Shown here: positions 18,201 through 27,277 of the stretch, in pieces
How positions within the stretch are numbered: the first letter of the stretch is position 1
Layout: each line of letters opens with the position of its first letter
Source: Nitrosospira multiformis ATCC 25196
GTDB lineage: Bacteria > Pseudomonadota > Gammaproteobacteria > Burkholderiales > Nitrosomonadaceae
Assembly (NCBI RefSeq): GCF_000196355.1
Contig: NC_007614.1
Span: forward strand, 300,001-332,000
Reading direction: 5' to 3'
DNA: 32,000 bases
Position numbers and translations under genes: made by a program
Notes under the pieces: generated by a model
Database searches by the model: none
The model's input: the letters and a program-made list of their open reading frames with translations, nothing else
What the model was told of the DNA's origin: nothing

Positions 18201-19094
18201 CTAAAAGGGACGGCATTGCAGGTTCTGGTGTAATCCAAATTCTTTCGGGCTTGTGACCGGCACGGTTTCTCCTGTCAGGAGAATGATGGAAACCTCATAG
18301 TTCAAGGACTTCCAGTACTGGAGAACCTCTTCAGGAGAGCGTTCCGCACGCTCCAGATTGTCCAGGTCAAGCTCCATGAAAACGAGGGGACGAAAGCGTG
18401 CTATCGTTTCCCTGGCACCCTCCAGAGCCTTCAGTTCCGCTCCCTCGATGTCGATCTTGATGATATCGACGCGCCCTATGCTTTTCTCCCGTACATAGTC
18501 ATCCAGGCGGATTAAAGAAACTGCCTCGGAAACCTGTCTCGTCTCCTCAAGCGCGGATGTATAAAGGCTGGCTGCCCCGCTGTTATTCATTTCTCCCGTC
18601 TGCGAAGGCAGAAAAAGGACGGCTTCGCCAGGCTGGTCATAAAGCCCTTTCCGGTTGAGCGCTACGTTTTTGAAATCGTTTAACTCAACATTATGTGCCA
18701 GCCGGGCGAAATGATGCGCGCTTGGTTCGAAAGCGTGCACTTGCCCTCTAACAGCGCGATGAGCTGCCACAAGCGTAAAGGTACCTATATTTGCTCCCAC
18801 ATCTATGAAGCTGCCATCAGAGGGCAAAAAGCGTTTAAGAAGCAGGATTACTCCCTCATCGGCTTCTTGAAAGCCTTGCCAGAATACCTGGGACTCGATG
18901 TGGTCGGAAAGGGAGGTGAGGATCCGGATATTCTCGTCGAAAGTCGTTTCCAGTTCCACGGGGGGAACTGCGTGAGCAAATTCATTTCGAAGCTTCAGTA
19001 CCACCCGCCATGCGGCATGCTTTAAAAGATTCGTCTTCAAGGCAGGGCGCACGATAGCCTGCAACAAGCGGGCTTGAATTCTCGACATTCTCAA
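18201..19094 (-). CDS. FkbM family methyltransferase
   Basis: 297 aa; 'GSFIDVGANIGTFTLVAAHRAVRGQVHAFEPSAHHFARLAHNVELNDFKNVALNRKGLYDQPGEAVL', 'GRVDIIKIDIEGAELKALEGARETIARFRPLVFMELD'. Confidence 0.95.
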   Translation of the reverse strand: MRMSRIQARLLQAIVRPALKTNLLKHAAWRVVLKLRNEFAHAVPPVELETTFDENIRILTSLSDHIESQVFWQGFQEADEGVILLLKRFLPSDGSFIDVGANIGTFTLVAAHRAVRGQVHAFEPSAHHFARLAHNVELNDFKNVALNRKGLYDQPGEAVLFLPSQTGEMNNSGAASLYTSALEETRQVSEAVSLIRLDDYVREKSIGRVDIIKIDIEGAELKALEGARETIARFRPLVFMELDLDNLERAERSPEEVLQYWKSLNYEVSIILLTGETVPVTSPKEFGLHQNLQCRPF

Positions 19095-19144
19095 TCTTTA
19101 GACCTCATCATCGATAAACCAGGTACTGGTTCGTTCATTGCAAT

Positions 19145-20185
19145 TCAATCAGGCGATGCTACTGGCGCATTCCTGTCTGCCGTCATATACAGAACCCGGG
19201 CATGACATTTTGCACTTTCTTCCCATGAGAAACCGAGCGCCCTGCGAAGACCCATTGCGGTGCGCGCTCGCCTTTCTTCCGGGTTTCGGTAAAGAATCTC
19301 CATTGCCTCCAACAACTCGCTTTCGTTGCGTGGATTGATGGTGCGAGCTGCTTCTCCGGCTATTTCGCGACAAGCGGAAACATTGGAGGTGATGACCGGA
19401 CAACCGCAGGCCATGGCCTCGAGAATGGGGAGGCCGAAACCTTCGTAGAGGGACGGAAAAATGAAAGCGAGAGCGTGACGGTAAAGGTGAACCAGTTCCT
19501 CGGTTGTAAGAAAGCCACTCAGTACCCGGATGCCCTCGATTTTTTCATAATTTCGCGCGCTTTCTTCCGGAAGCTTGAGTACAAGCTGAACGCGGCAATG
19601 GCGGCGGAGCTGTCGAAACGCCCGTACAATCGCACCTACGTTTTTGCGCGGCTCGTCGTTGGAAACATGGAAGAAGTAGGGTTCCGATTCTGTATCGGGG
19701 CCAGGTGTAAAGGCGTTGCCATCGACCCCGTGATGGCATACATGGATTCTGTCAGCAGGAACGCCGGTAAAGCGAATCGCCTCATCTTTCACAAATGCGG
19801 AAACAGCGATGATACTCCCCACTGCGGTCCGGACTTCCCGCCATCGCTCGCGCTTGTGTTTGGCATACTGTCCCGACATGATCAGACCTTTCAGAGTCCG
19901 AAAATACTCCCATCCGTTAAGTGAAAGGGGAGCAAAACCATGCACCGTCACCACCAGGGGGGGGAGAGGATGTTCCAGGAGAAAATCAGGGGGGGGATTG
20001 CCTCCCCCGGAACGGATATCCCACAGCACGTCCGCCGATTTCGGCAGATCTTTCCTGTCCTTGAAAGGAATGGTGGCTATATCTTGCTTCGGCAAATGTC
20101 TCCATACGTTCTCCGCATAAACCTTGAAGCTTTGGGGAATCTCCGGACCCTGATAGATGCCGACCCGGAGTGCGCTATCTTTCAT
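19145..20185 (-). CDS. Glycosyltransferase family 4
   Basis: 346 aa; 'RVLSGFLTTEELVHLYRHALAFIFPSLYEGFGLPILEAMACGCPVITSNVSACREIAGEAA'. Confidence 0.95.
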   Translation of the reverse strand: MKDSALRVGIYQGPEIPQSFKVYAENVWRHLPKQDIATIPFKDRKDLPKSADVLWDIRSGGGNPPPDFLLEHPLPPLVVTVHGFAPLSLNGWEYFRTLKGLIMSGQYAKHKRERWREVRTAVGSIIAVSAFVKDEAIRFTGVPADRIHVCHHGVDGNAFTPGPDTESEPYFFHVSNDEPRKNVGAIVRAFRQLRRHCRVQLVLKLPEESARNYEKIEGIRVLSGFLTTEELVHLYRHALAFIFPSLYEGFGLPILEAMACGCPVITSNVSACREIAGEAARTINPRNESELLEAMEILYRNPEERRARTAMGLRRALGFSWEESAKCHARVLYMTADRNAPVASPD

Positions 20186-20635
20186 AAACTTTGCCAGGAT
20201 ATTTCATCGTTAAGTGGACGTGACCAACTCCTGCCACGAATGGCAACTGCTTCACAAGCATATATGCAAGCCTCCATTGCCTTCCGCAGAAATGACACAG
20301 GTAGCCTCAGATATTATCTCATCGGCAGAAACGGCAAATCCATTTTTGCCGGAGGGCCTGAGCATCCATTGCTGGAAAATCGATATATTCGTCCCGCTCA
20401 TTTCCAGATCAGTCAGAGGAGTTCCGTGCAATAGTCAATACCGCAGCCAGTCCTCGTTCCCGTAATTTTCCTGATACTGGATATACGATATACAAGAAGG
20501 AAGGAGGGCTCCCCGGACATCTAATAATTTATAATGATTATTGCGTCTGAGTTGACTGCCAAGATCCGATTTTAGCGTTTAAAGAGCGGTATCGAGGTTA
20601 AATCTCCCGGATATACTATTTTTAAAATCTTCCCC

Positions 20636-21577
20636 ATGGCAGCCTCCAAGCCAACTGTTTCCATCATTATTCCGACCTATAATTGCGAAGCTTATATCGC
20701 GGAAACCCTTGACAGCGTTCTCAGCCAGACATTCACGGATCTGGAATTAATTGTGGTTGACGATGGTTCCACTGATCGTACACGGGAAATCGTCACTTCA
20801 TATGGGACTCCTGTCCGGCTCCTATCGCAGTCCAATTCCGGAGTATGCGCAGCTCGCAACTACGGAATCCGGGAGGCGGCGGGAAGCTATGTCTGCCTCA
20901 TGGATCATGATGACTACTGGTTTCCCGAGAAGCTGGCGTTACAGCTGGAGCAGATGTTTTCGCATCCGGAGGTAGGTCTCGTCTACAGTACGTTTGTCTG
21001 GTGGCATCCCGATGGAGAGGGTGTGTTTCCCAAGCCGGAGAGCTTCAATATAGAAAAAATGCCGGGGGGGATAGACGAGGAATTTTCGGGATGGATATAT
21101 CATCTGCTTCTGCTCGATTGCTGGATTTTGACCAGCGCTGCATTGATACGCGCGGAGGTATTCGATAAATGCGGCGCTTACGATGAGTCTCTTCCCTATA
21201 GCGAAGACTGGGACCTCTGGCTGCGCATTTCCCGGGAATATCCGGTTATCAAGCTGAATAAAGGCCTTACACTATATCGCCAGCATCCTAAGCAAGGAAA
21301 TCGCCTCACCAGAGAGATCGACTATCGGACCGTGCTGCTGCGAGATGCCGCTGAGAAATGGGGGTTATGCAGCCGCGATGGTCGATGCATTTCTAGACAG
21401 CAGTTCATGCAAAACATCGCCCGCTACCAGATGGAATTTGGACTGAAACATCTTGCATCCAACAACTTGAAGCCCGCCATGCACGCCTTATGGAAGGCTT
21501 GGCTGAGCCATCCCGCCAATCTCAAAACCCTTGCCTATGTCCCTGCCGGCCTCCTCGGATGGCGGCCGAAGTGGTGA
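20636..21577 (+). CDS. Glycosyltransferase family 2
   Basis: 313 aa; 'TVSIIIPTYNCEAYIAETLDSVLSQTFTDLELIVVDDGSTDRTREIVTSYG', 'YVCLMDHDDYWFPEKLALQLE', 'PYSEDWDLWLRIS'. Confidence 0.97.
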   Translation: MAASKPTVSIIIPTYNCEAYIAETLDSVLSQTFTDLELIVVDDGSTDRTREIVTSYGTPVRLLSQSNSGVCAARNYGIREAAGSYVCLMDHDDYWFPEKLALQLEQMFSHPEVGLVYSTFVWWHPDGEGVFPKPESFNIEKMPGGIDEEFSGWIYHLLLLDCWILTSAALIRAEVFDKCGAYDESLPYSEDWDLWLRISREYPVIKLNKGLTLYRQHPKQGNRLTREIDYRTVLLRDAAEKWGLCSRDGRCISRQQFMQNIARYQMEFGLKHLASNNLKPAMHALWKAWLSHPANLKTLAYVPAGLLGWRPKW

Positions 21578-21580
21578 GGG

Positions 21581-22600
21581 TCAGTACTTGCGTAATATTT
21601 TTTCGATCAACCAGAAAGGTCTGGCCAGCAACCAGCTCAATGATCGGTAAATCCGGAAAAATTTGATCCGATAGTCGGCATGCTCCTGGTTGAGGTAACG
21701 GATCTGCTCAATCAGCTCCGGATTCCATTTTTTCTGGTAGGAGGCGAAATCCGCGGCGACGCTGTCAATCCGCTCATCCAGATTCCCGTTATGAGAGCCA
21801 CCGCTTTCAGCAGCTTTTTCACTGAGGGCGCTGTACAGTTCATGAGCCATCCCTTCAAGTCCCTGGTATCGTGTTGCTCCGGCATCCGTTTTATCGGCTT
21901 TATGATGACGGAGATCAGGAGAAACAAACCTTCCGATTTTCTCGTTTGCCTGGTTGACGGAAACAGGGAAGACAATACCGGTTTCCCGTTCTATTGTTTG
22001 CAGTACCCTGACCGGATCAGTCACCACCTGATCGAAGTCGATGAAAATGCGGGATTGTCCTCTTGAATGGGATTCAGCGGATAACGTATGATTCAGCCAC
22101 AAGACCAAGGCCTTTTCCCGTGAAAACCGGTCGCGTTTTTGCAAGGAGGCGATTACTTCGAAAGGGTTCCGGTTCATGGAAATAAAAACAGGCCTGATCC
22201 CGCGCGCCTTAAATATGGGCATCCACAGGGGCAGCAATCGGCACATTCGCGGATCCTTCAACGCCCAGACAGGGGCTTCCGAAAAATCACGCTTCACAAG
22301 GCTTTGAAGGCGGGCCACATACGGCTGAACCGCCTCGTCTTCCCACCACTTGTCCTTCAGAGGCAACAAGTCATCCCATTGCGAACGCAGGTGCAGAAGC
22401 AGTTCGTCATGCGTGTCGACGATATCCTCGTGCTCCCAGAAGCCTTTTTCGTTTACGCCTTTTTGAGGGGCGTATAGGCTGCGCCCCATCCTGACCCCGA
22501 CCTGACCCAGGAGTCCCGTTAACAATGATGTGCCGCTACGGTGCATTCCCAGGATGATCAATGCAGTATTATCTTTCACTCGATCTCCCCTTGTTTTCAT
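21581..22600 (-). CDS. Sulfotransferase family protein
   Basis: ORF track opens at 22672, but the ATG at 22600 has a good RBS (AGGAACAGCG-ATG) and places the 5'-phosphosulfate loop 'ALIILGMHRSGTSLLTGLLGQVGVRMG' near the N-terminus; 'RIFIDFDQVVTDPVRVLQTIERETGIVF' fits the 3'-phosphate side. Confidence 0.9.
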   Translation of the reverse strand: MKTRGDRVKDNTALIILGMHRSGTSLLTGLLGQVGVRMGRSLYAPQKGVNEKGFWEHEDIVDTHDELLLHLRSQWDDLLPLKDKWWEDEAVQPYVARLQSLVKRDFSEAPVWALKDPRMCRLLPLWMPIFKARGIRPVFISMNRNPFEVIASLQKRDRFSREKALVLWLNHTLSAESHSRGQSRIFIDFDQVVTDPVRVLQTIERETGIVFPVSVNQANEKIGRFVSPDLRHHKADKTDAGATRYQGLEGMAHELYSALSEKAAESGGSHNGNLDERIDSVAADFASYQKKWNPELIEQIRYLNQEHADYRIKFFRIYRSLSWLLARPFWLIEKILRKY

Positions 22601-23092
22601 CGCTGTTCCTGTGAGGGTCCGGATATATTTGCGGCATGAAACGTTCGTTATCGAAACTATTTGAAACAGCAAACCCTTGCCTGATGAACGACCAATGAAC
22701 GTTAAACCTGGATTTTATGGGATTCCATGCCATGTTGTCGTTCTTCTTCGAAAGGTGGCCAGGACAAGGAAACGGGCAGGTAATGAAAGGGTTGAAAGCA
22801 ACCGATAATTCGAAGTTGTAGACCTAACGGCTTGCTGCCATAATTACTTGAACACACTCGTGTCCGCTTCATTTTTTTGCCGTTCTGTCGTAATCAGTTC
22901 AGAATGCGACCGAATACTCCAAAGACCTCATCAACAAAGGTTTCCTCTTATCCTGGATCTTGACAAACTGATCAGTGGGAAGTTACCGATTACGCTCTGC
23001 TCTTCTGTATCTTGTACTTCGGTCCAGATATAAATCCGGATGGCTGTCGATATAATTCGGTTTATCCAAAAATCGGAATCTGAGATCGGAAC

Positions 23093-23770
23093 ATGAATAC
23101 CAATACTGTATGGCACAACGCCACCATTACTCGGGCGCACCGGGAGAGGTTGAACGTGCACCGATCAGCGGTCCTTTGGTTTACAGGGCTTTCCGGTTCC
23201 GGCAAATCGACGTTGGCTCATGCGGTGGAGGAAAAGCTTTACCAGCTGGGCTGCCGCACGTTCGTACTTGACGGGGATAATGTGCGCCAGGGCTTATGCT
23301 CCGATCTGGGGTTTTCGGTGGAAGACCGTTCCGAGAATATTCGCCGCATAAGCGAGGCAGCGAGGCTTCTGGTCGAGTCGGGCGTGATTGCCATGACAGC
23401 TTTTATTTCACCTTTTCGGGCTGATCGGCAAAAGGCGCGCAGTATTTTTCCTCACGGGGATTTCATCGAGATTTTTTGCGAGGCCAGTCTCGCAGTATGC
23501 GAGCAGCGCGATGTGAAGGGACTTTATAAACGGGCTCGGACGGGTGAGGTCAAGGAATTCACCGGGATATCGTCGCCCTACGAGGCGCCTGCCACTCCCG
23601 AGCTGATCGTGCGGACAGGCGAGCTGGAGCTGGAGGATTGTGTTGCACAGGTAATCGAATTCATGGAGCGGCGGGACATTTTCAAGAGAAAGCCTCAGTT
23701 GCGAGGAAGCGCCAGTCATCATAATGCGAAGGACCTTTCCCATTTGTCCATCGATGTTGTCAAGGAATGA
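23093..23770 (+). CDS. cysC: Adenylylsulfate (APS) kinase
   Basis: 225 aa; Walker A '[86 protein letters not shown]', '[25 protein letters not shown]'. Confidence 0.97.
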   Translation: MNTNTVWHNATITRAHRERLNVHRSAVLWFTGLSGSGKSTLAHAVEEKLYQLGCRTFVLDGDNVRQGLCSDLGFSVEDRSENIRRISEAARLLVESGVIAMTAFISPFRADRQKARSIFPHGDFIEIFCEASLAVCEQRDVKGLYKRARTGEVKEFTGISSPYEAPATPELIVRTGELELEDCVAQVIEFMERRDIFKRKPQLRGSASHHNAKDLSHLSIDVVKE

Positions 23771-23863
23771 CAATCGCCCTGGATAAAGCGGTCGCCGCAC
23801 TGCGGATAAAGGGTTTTTTCGTGCCTTTATGACAAAACAAAATTCAGAGGATGCGGTAAGAAC

Positions 23864-25204
23864 ATGAGGGATATCCTTGTTACCCTGATCGTCTTCGGAT
23901 GGCTGCCCTTCGTCTTTAAAAAGCCGTACATGGGGGCGTTGATGTGGGTGTGGATAAGCGTCATGAATCCGCATACCCAGGGATGGGGATTCGCCACCAC
24001 ATTTCCCTTTGCCGCGATTATTGCCGGAGTCACGATAACCAGCCTCTTGATTACCAAAGAACCAAAGAATCTCCCTCTAACCCCGGTTACCTGGACTTTC
24101 ATAATCTTCGTGCTCTGGATGAATCTGAGCACCGTATTTGCCATTTATCCCGACGAAACGTACATCCAGTGGAACAAGGTCATGAAGATCATGCTGATGA
24201 GTTTTGTGGTCATCATGCTGATCAGGACACAAAAGCAGATTCAACTCCTCATCTGGACAATAGTTATCTCGCTGGGATATTACGGCATCAAAGGGGGCGT
24301 TTTTACGCTGCTCGGAGGAGGTGTTGATCTCGTCATGGGACCCGAGAGCACCTTCATCGAGGGAAATAATGAGATCGCCCTGGCGCTCATCATGACCATT
24401 CCTCTCATGCATTATGTGCAGATGATTTCCCGGAAAACCTGGGTGAAGCATGCCATGACGGCGGCCATGCTGCTATCTGCCTTTGCCGCGCTGGGTTCTT
24501 ATTCACGGGGCGCTCTGCTGGCCATTGCGGCAATGGGAGGATTTCTCTGGCTCAAAAGTCAACATAAGGGCCGCATCGCTCTACTGGTTATTCTCGCCAT
24601 TCTCCCGGCGATTGCGTATATGCCGGAGCAGTGGATGCAAAGAATGGACAGCATCAATACTTATGAAGAGGACGCGTCGGTTCAGGGCCGTTTCAATGCC
24701 TGGTGGATGGCCTACAATCTGGCCAAGGACCGGCCGCTCACCGGGGGTGGTTTCGACATTATAAGTCCTGAGCTGTTTTTCGCTTACGCACCCAATCCCG
24801 AGGATATACATGCTGCCCACAGCATTTATTTTCAGGCGCTCGGTGAGCACGGTTTCGTGGGGCTGGGGCTTTACTTGCTGCTCGGGTGGCTCACCTGGCG
24901 AACCGGGTCATGGATCATACGCAACACCAGTAAGCTCGACGAGTACAGGTGGGCTTTCAATCTGGCGACGATGATTCAGGTATCGTTCATCGGTTTTGCT
25001 ACGGGAGGTGCTTTCCTTAGTCTTCTTTATTTTGACGTTCCCTACTATCTCATGGGGGCAATGGTTGCAACGCGTGTCTTGGTGGAAAAAGAACTCAAGC
25101 AAAAAACCATGTCGGCAATCGCTGCAAAAACCTCCGGTTCTTCGCGCCAGCTTGGACAGTTGAGTCCATCACAGTCGCAGCCGATAGCCGGGGATTCAAG
25201 CTAG
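23864..25204 (+). CDS. Putative O-glycosylation ligase/Wzy-like polymerase, exosortase-A-system-associated
   Basis: 446 aa; 'FKKPYMGALMWVWISVMNPHTQGWGFATTFPFAAIIAGVTI' resembles the exosortase-A-associated O-antigen-ligase family (TIGR03097-like); 'GSYSRGALLAI' and 'HSIYFQALGEHGFVGLGLYLLL' are Wzy_C/WaaL-type motifs. Confidence 0.92.
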   Translation: MRDILVTLIVFGWLPFVFKKPYMGALMWVWISVMNPHTQGWGFATTFPFAAIIAGVTITSLLITKEPKNLPLTPVTWTFIIFVLWMNLSTVFAIYPDETYIQWNKVMKIMLMSFVVIMLIRTQKQIQLLIWTIVISLGYYGIKGGVFTLLGGGVDLVMGPESTFIEGNNEIALALIMTIPLMHYVQMISRKTWVKHAMTAAMLLSAFAALGSYSRGALLAIAAMGGFLWLKSQHKGRIALLVILAILPAIAYMPEQWMQRMDSINTYEEDASVQGRFNAWWMAYNLAKDRPLTGGGFDIISPELFFAYAPNPEDIHAAHSIYFQALGEHGFVGLGLYLLLGWLTWRTGSWIIRNTSKLDEYRWAFNLATMIQVSFIGFATGGAFLSLLYFDVPYYLMGAMVATRVLVEKELKQKTMSAIAAKTSGSSRQLGQLSPSQSQPIAGDSS

Positions 25205-25265
25205 GATATAGGGGTCGAAGAGTTCATTGCCTTGTTTGCTTGCTGCTCGTGTCCGCTTTTCTTCC

Positions 25266-26288
25266 ATGAGAACTTCTGAATATGATCACGTGGACAATCT
25301 GGTAAATCAGGTGCCACTTTGGCCGCTGTTGACGAGCCGTGCGATGTTGCATCTGCTTTCCCCCGGGGGGCGGCGCGCCCGCCTGTCCATACTGATTTAT
25401 CATCGGGTGCTGCCCTGCCAGGATCCACTTTTTCCGGAGGAGAGTCATGCCCGGTCCTTCGATCAGCAGATGGAGCAGCTTGCGGCCTGTTTCAGGGTCA
25501 TATCTCTCGGGGAGGCGATTCGCGGCCTTCGTAATGGAACGCTGCCCCCACGTGCTGCCTGTGTCACTTTCGATGACGGTTATGCCGATAATGCGGAAAT
25601 CGCTTTGCCGATTCTGAAAAAACGCGGTATTCCTGCTACTTTTTTCGTGGCAACCGGTTTTCTCGACGGAGGCCGGATGTTCAACGATACCGTGATAGAA
25701 TTGATACGGGGTGCGCCGGGAAGCACCGTGGATCTTGATAGCCTGGGCTTGGGAAGGTTTCCGATCGGAACTGTTTCCGAGCGTCGTCAAACTATTCACC
25801 AGTTATTGGGCAAGCTCAAGTATCTGCCCTCCGCATTACGGCAATCGACCGTGGAGGCAATGTCGGCGTCAATTCCAGTCATGCTGCCTGACAATCTCAT
25901 GATGACCTCCGAGCAGGTCAGAATGATGCACAATGCAGGAATGGAAATAGGTGGGCATACCGCCAGTCATCCCATCCTGGCAAAAATGGAGAGCAGAGCA
26001 GCTTGTGCTGACATTGCCACCGGCAAAGAGATGCTGGAGGCCATTATTCGCGCTCCGGTGCGGTTTTTTGCCTACCCGAATGGGAAGCCGGGGAGAGACT
26101 ATTTGCCCGATCACGTCCGGATGGTAAAGAAGCTGGGGTTTGACGCGGCAGTCTCGACTGCCCATGGAGCAGCAAGAAAAGGAAGCGACCTCCATCAGCT
26201 CCCTCGGTTTACTCCCTGGGATAGGCGCCCGCTGCGATTCGCCCTTCTGATGGCGCGAAATATGCTGAAAACTGGAGAAACAGTTTAA
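25266..26288 (+). CDS. Polysaccharide deacetylase family protein (NodB homology)
   Basis: ORF track opens at 25227 (TTG); ATG at 25266. 'LSILIYHRVLP', 'AACVTFDDGYADNAEIALPILKKRGIPATFFVATGFL' (NodB motif 1), 'EIGGHTASHPILA' (motif 2), 'FFAYPNGKPGRDY'. Confidence 0.93.
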   Translation: MRTSEYDHVDNLVNQVPLWPLLTSRAMLHLLSPGGRRARLSILIYHRVLPCQDPLFPEESHARSFDQQMEQLAACFRVISLGEAIRGLRNGTLPPRAACVTFDDGYADNAEIALPILKKRGIPATFFVATGFLDGGRMFNDTVIELIRGAPGSTVDLDSLGLGRFPIGTVSERRQTIHQLLGKLKYLPSALRQSTVEAMSASIPVMLPDNLMMTSEQVRMMHNAGMEIGGHTASHPILAKMESRAACADIATGKEMLEAIIRAPVRFFAYPNGKPGRDYLPDHVRMVKKLGFDAAVSTAHGAARKGSDLHQLPRFTPWDRRPLRFALLMARNMLKTGETV

Positions 26289-26438
26289 CGCCTGATCATA
26301 TAGGGATAGGGACTCCTGGTTTTTTCTTTATCCTCGAAGTTAATGCCGGCTTCCGCGCAACGGAAGGGAAGACCGGGAATTCCCTCTTCTTTGAGAAGTT
26401 CATATAAGTCAAGTTTCTTACGGCCATTTGCTCAATCT

Positions 26439-26909
26439 ATGGAAAGACCCATTACAGGATTTGATACCGATAGTGAGGGAGATCCAATCGCAATTCTGAC
26501 TTGCGGACACGCCCAGCACGTGCGGCATGATCCGCCGTTTATCAATCGCCCCTGGGTCACTTCCAAGCAGGGGCGCGAAGGCATGATAGGAAAGGCGCTT
26601 AACTGTGTCCGCTGCGATCAGTTCGAATTACCCGACTACTTTGTTCCCTACAAGCGGACGGCGGTCTTCACTGAGGAAACGGTACCGGCAGGATTGAGAA
26701 AAGACCACTCGACCAAAACCGGGGTATGGGGGAAGATCATCGTGGAAGCGGGAAAGCTTCGCTACCGGGTCGATACGTTGAACGTGGATACGGAATTGTC
26801 CGCAGAAACGGTTGGAGTGGTTGTGCCTGAGGTTCTCCACAATGTAGAACCTCAAGGCCCTGTCCGCTTTTTCGTCGAATTTTACCGAGCTCCGGATAAG
26901 GAGGCTTAA
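26439..26909 (+). CDS. DUF3565-like plus DUF1971-like (TehB/YeaR-type) two-domain protein
   Basis: ORF track opens at 26343, but family-like start is ATG 26439: 'MERPITGFDTDSEGDPIAILTCGHAQHVRHDPPFINRPWVTSKQGREGMIGKALNCVRCDQFELP' then 'VPAGLRKDHSTKTGVWGKIIVEAGKLRYRVDTL'. Confidence 0.85.
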   Translation: MERPITGFDTDSEGDPIAILTCGHAQHVRHDPPFINRPWVTSKQGREGMIGKALNCVRCDQFELPDYFVPYKRTAVFTEETVPAGLRKDHSTKTGVWGKIIVEAGKLRYRVDTLNVDTELSAETVGVVVPEVLHNVEPQGPVRFFVEFYRAPDKEA

Positions 26910-27073
26910 AGAGCGTCTTTGGTACCTTCGTTGCATTCTTTGCTCAGGTATTCAAGATAGAGCATCAGATATGGCTCGGCTTCAGGGGCGGGCGCTCCCG
27001 CATAGGAGGAGGGAGTGAAAGCAAATCCGGCAGCAAGCGCAAGCGTGAAAATCCGGAAATAAATGTTTCTCAT
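26906..27073 (-). CDS. Small predicted secreted protein (55 aa), below the ORF-track length cutoff
   Basis: Manual translation: MRNIYFRIFTLALAAGFAFTPSSYAGAPAPEAEPYLMLYLEYLSKECNEGTKDAL*. Signal-peptide architecture with a plausible cleavage site after SSYA; strong RBS GGGAGGCAGA directly before ATG. TAA at 26906-26908 (complement). Confidence 0.72.
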   Translation of the reverse strand: MRNIYFRIFTLALAAGFAFTPSSYAGAPAPEAEPYLMLYLEYLSKECNEGTKDAL

Positions 27074-27277
27074 TCTGCCTCCCATCCCTGTCTGACCCTG
27101 GAAACTCTCGTTTCATGCATTCTCGTAATGAGTGTGGGAGGAAATGTAAATACCGGTCGAGGTTCAATGCGTTTCCACTTTTAACCGCATTCCACCTCTC
27201 GATGCTCGTATTCGGGTGAAGTCTTCACTATATTAAGTTTTTTGCAGAGTTTCCGTGAATGAAAAGAGGTCTTTCCA

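Noticed and set aside
20214-20465. 83-aa plus ORF in the gap between glycosyltransferases at 20185 and 20636
   Set aside because: No recognisable motif or convincing RBS. A competing short minus-strand frame is equally unconvincing, so it is treated as non-coding.
23829-23867. 12-codon ORF MTKQNSEDAVRT whose stop overlaps (ATGA) the start of the ligase-like gene at 23864
   Set aside because: Could be a leader peptide coupling translation, but a 12-codon ORF is easily expected by chance and no clear RBS was seen.
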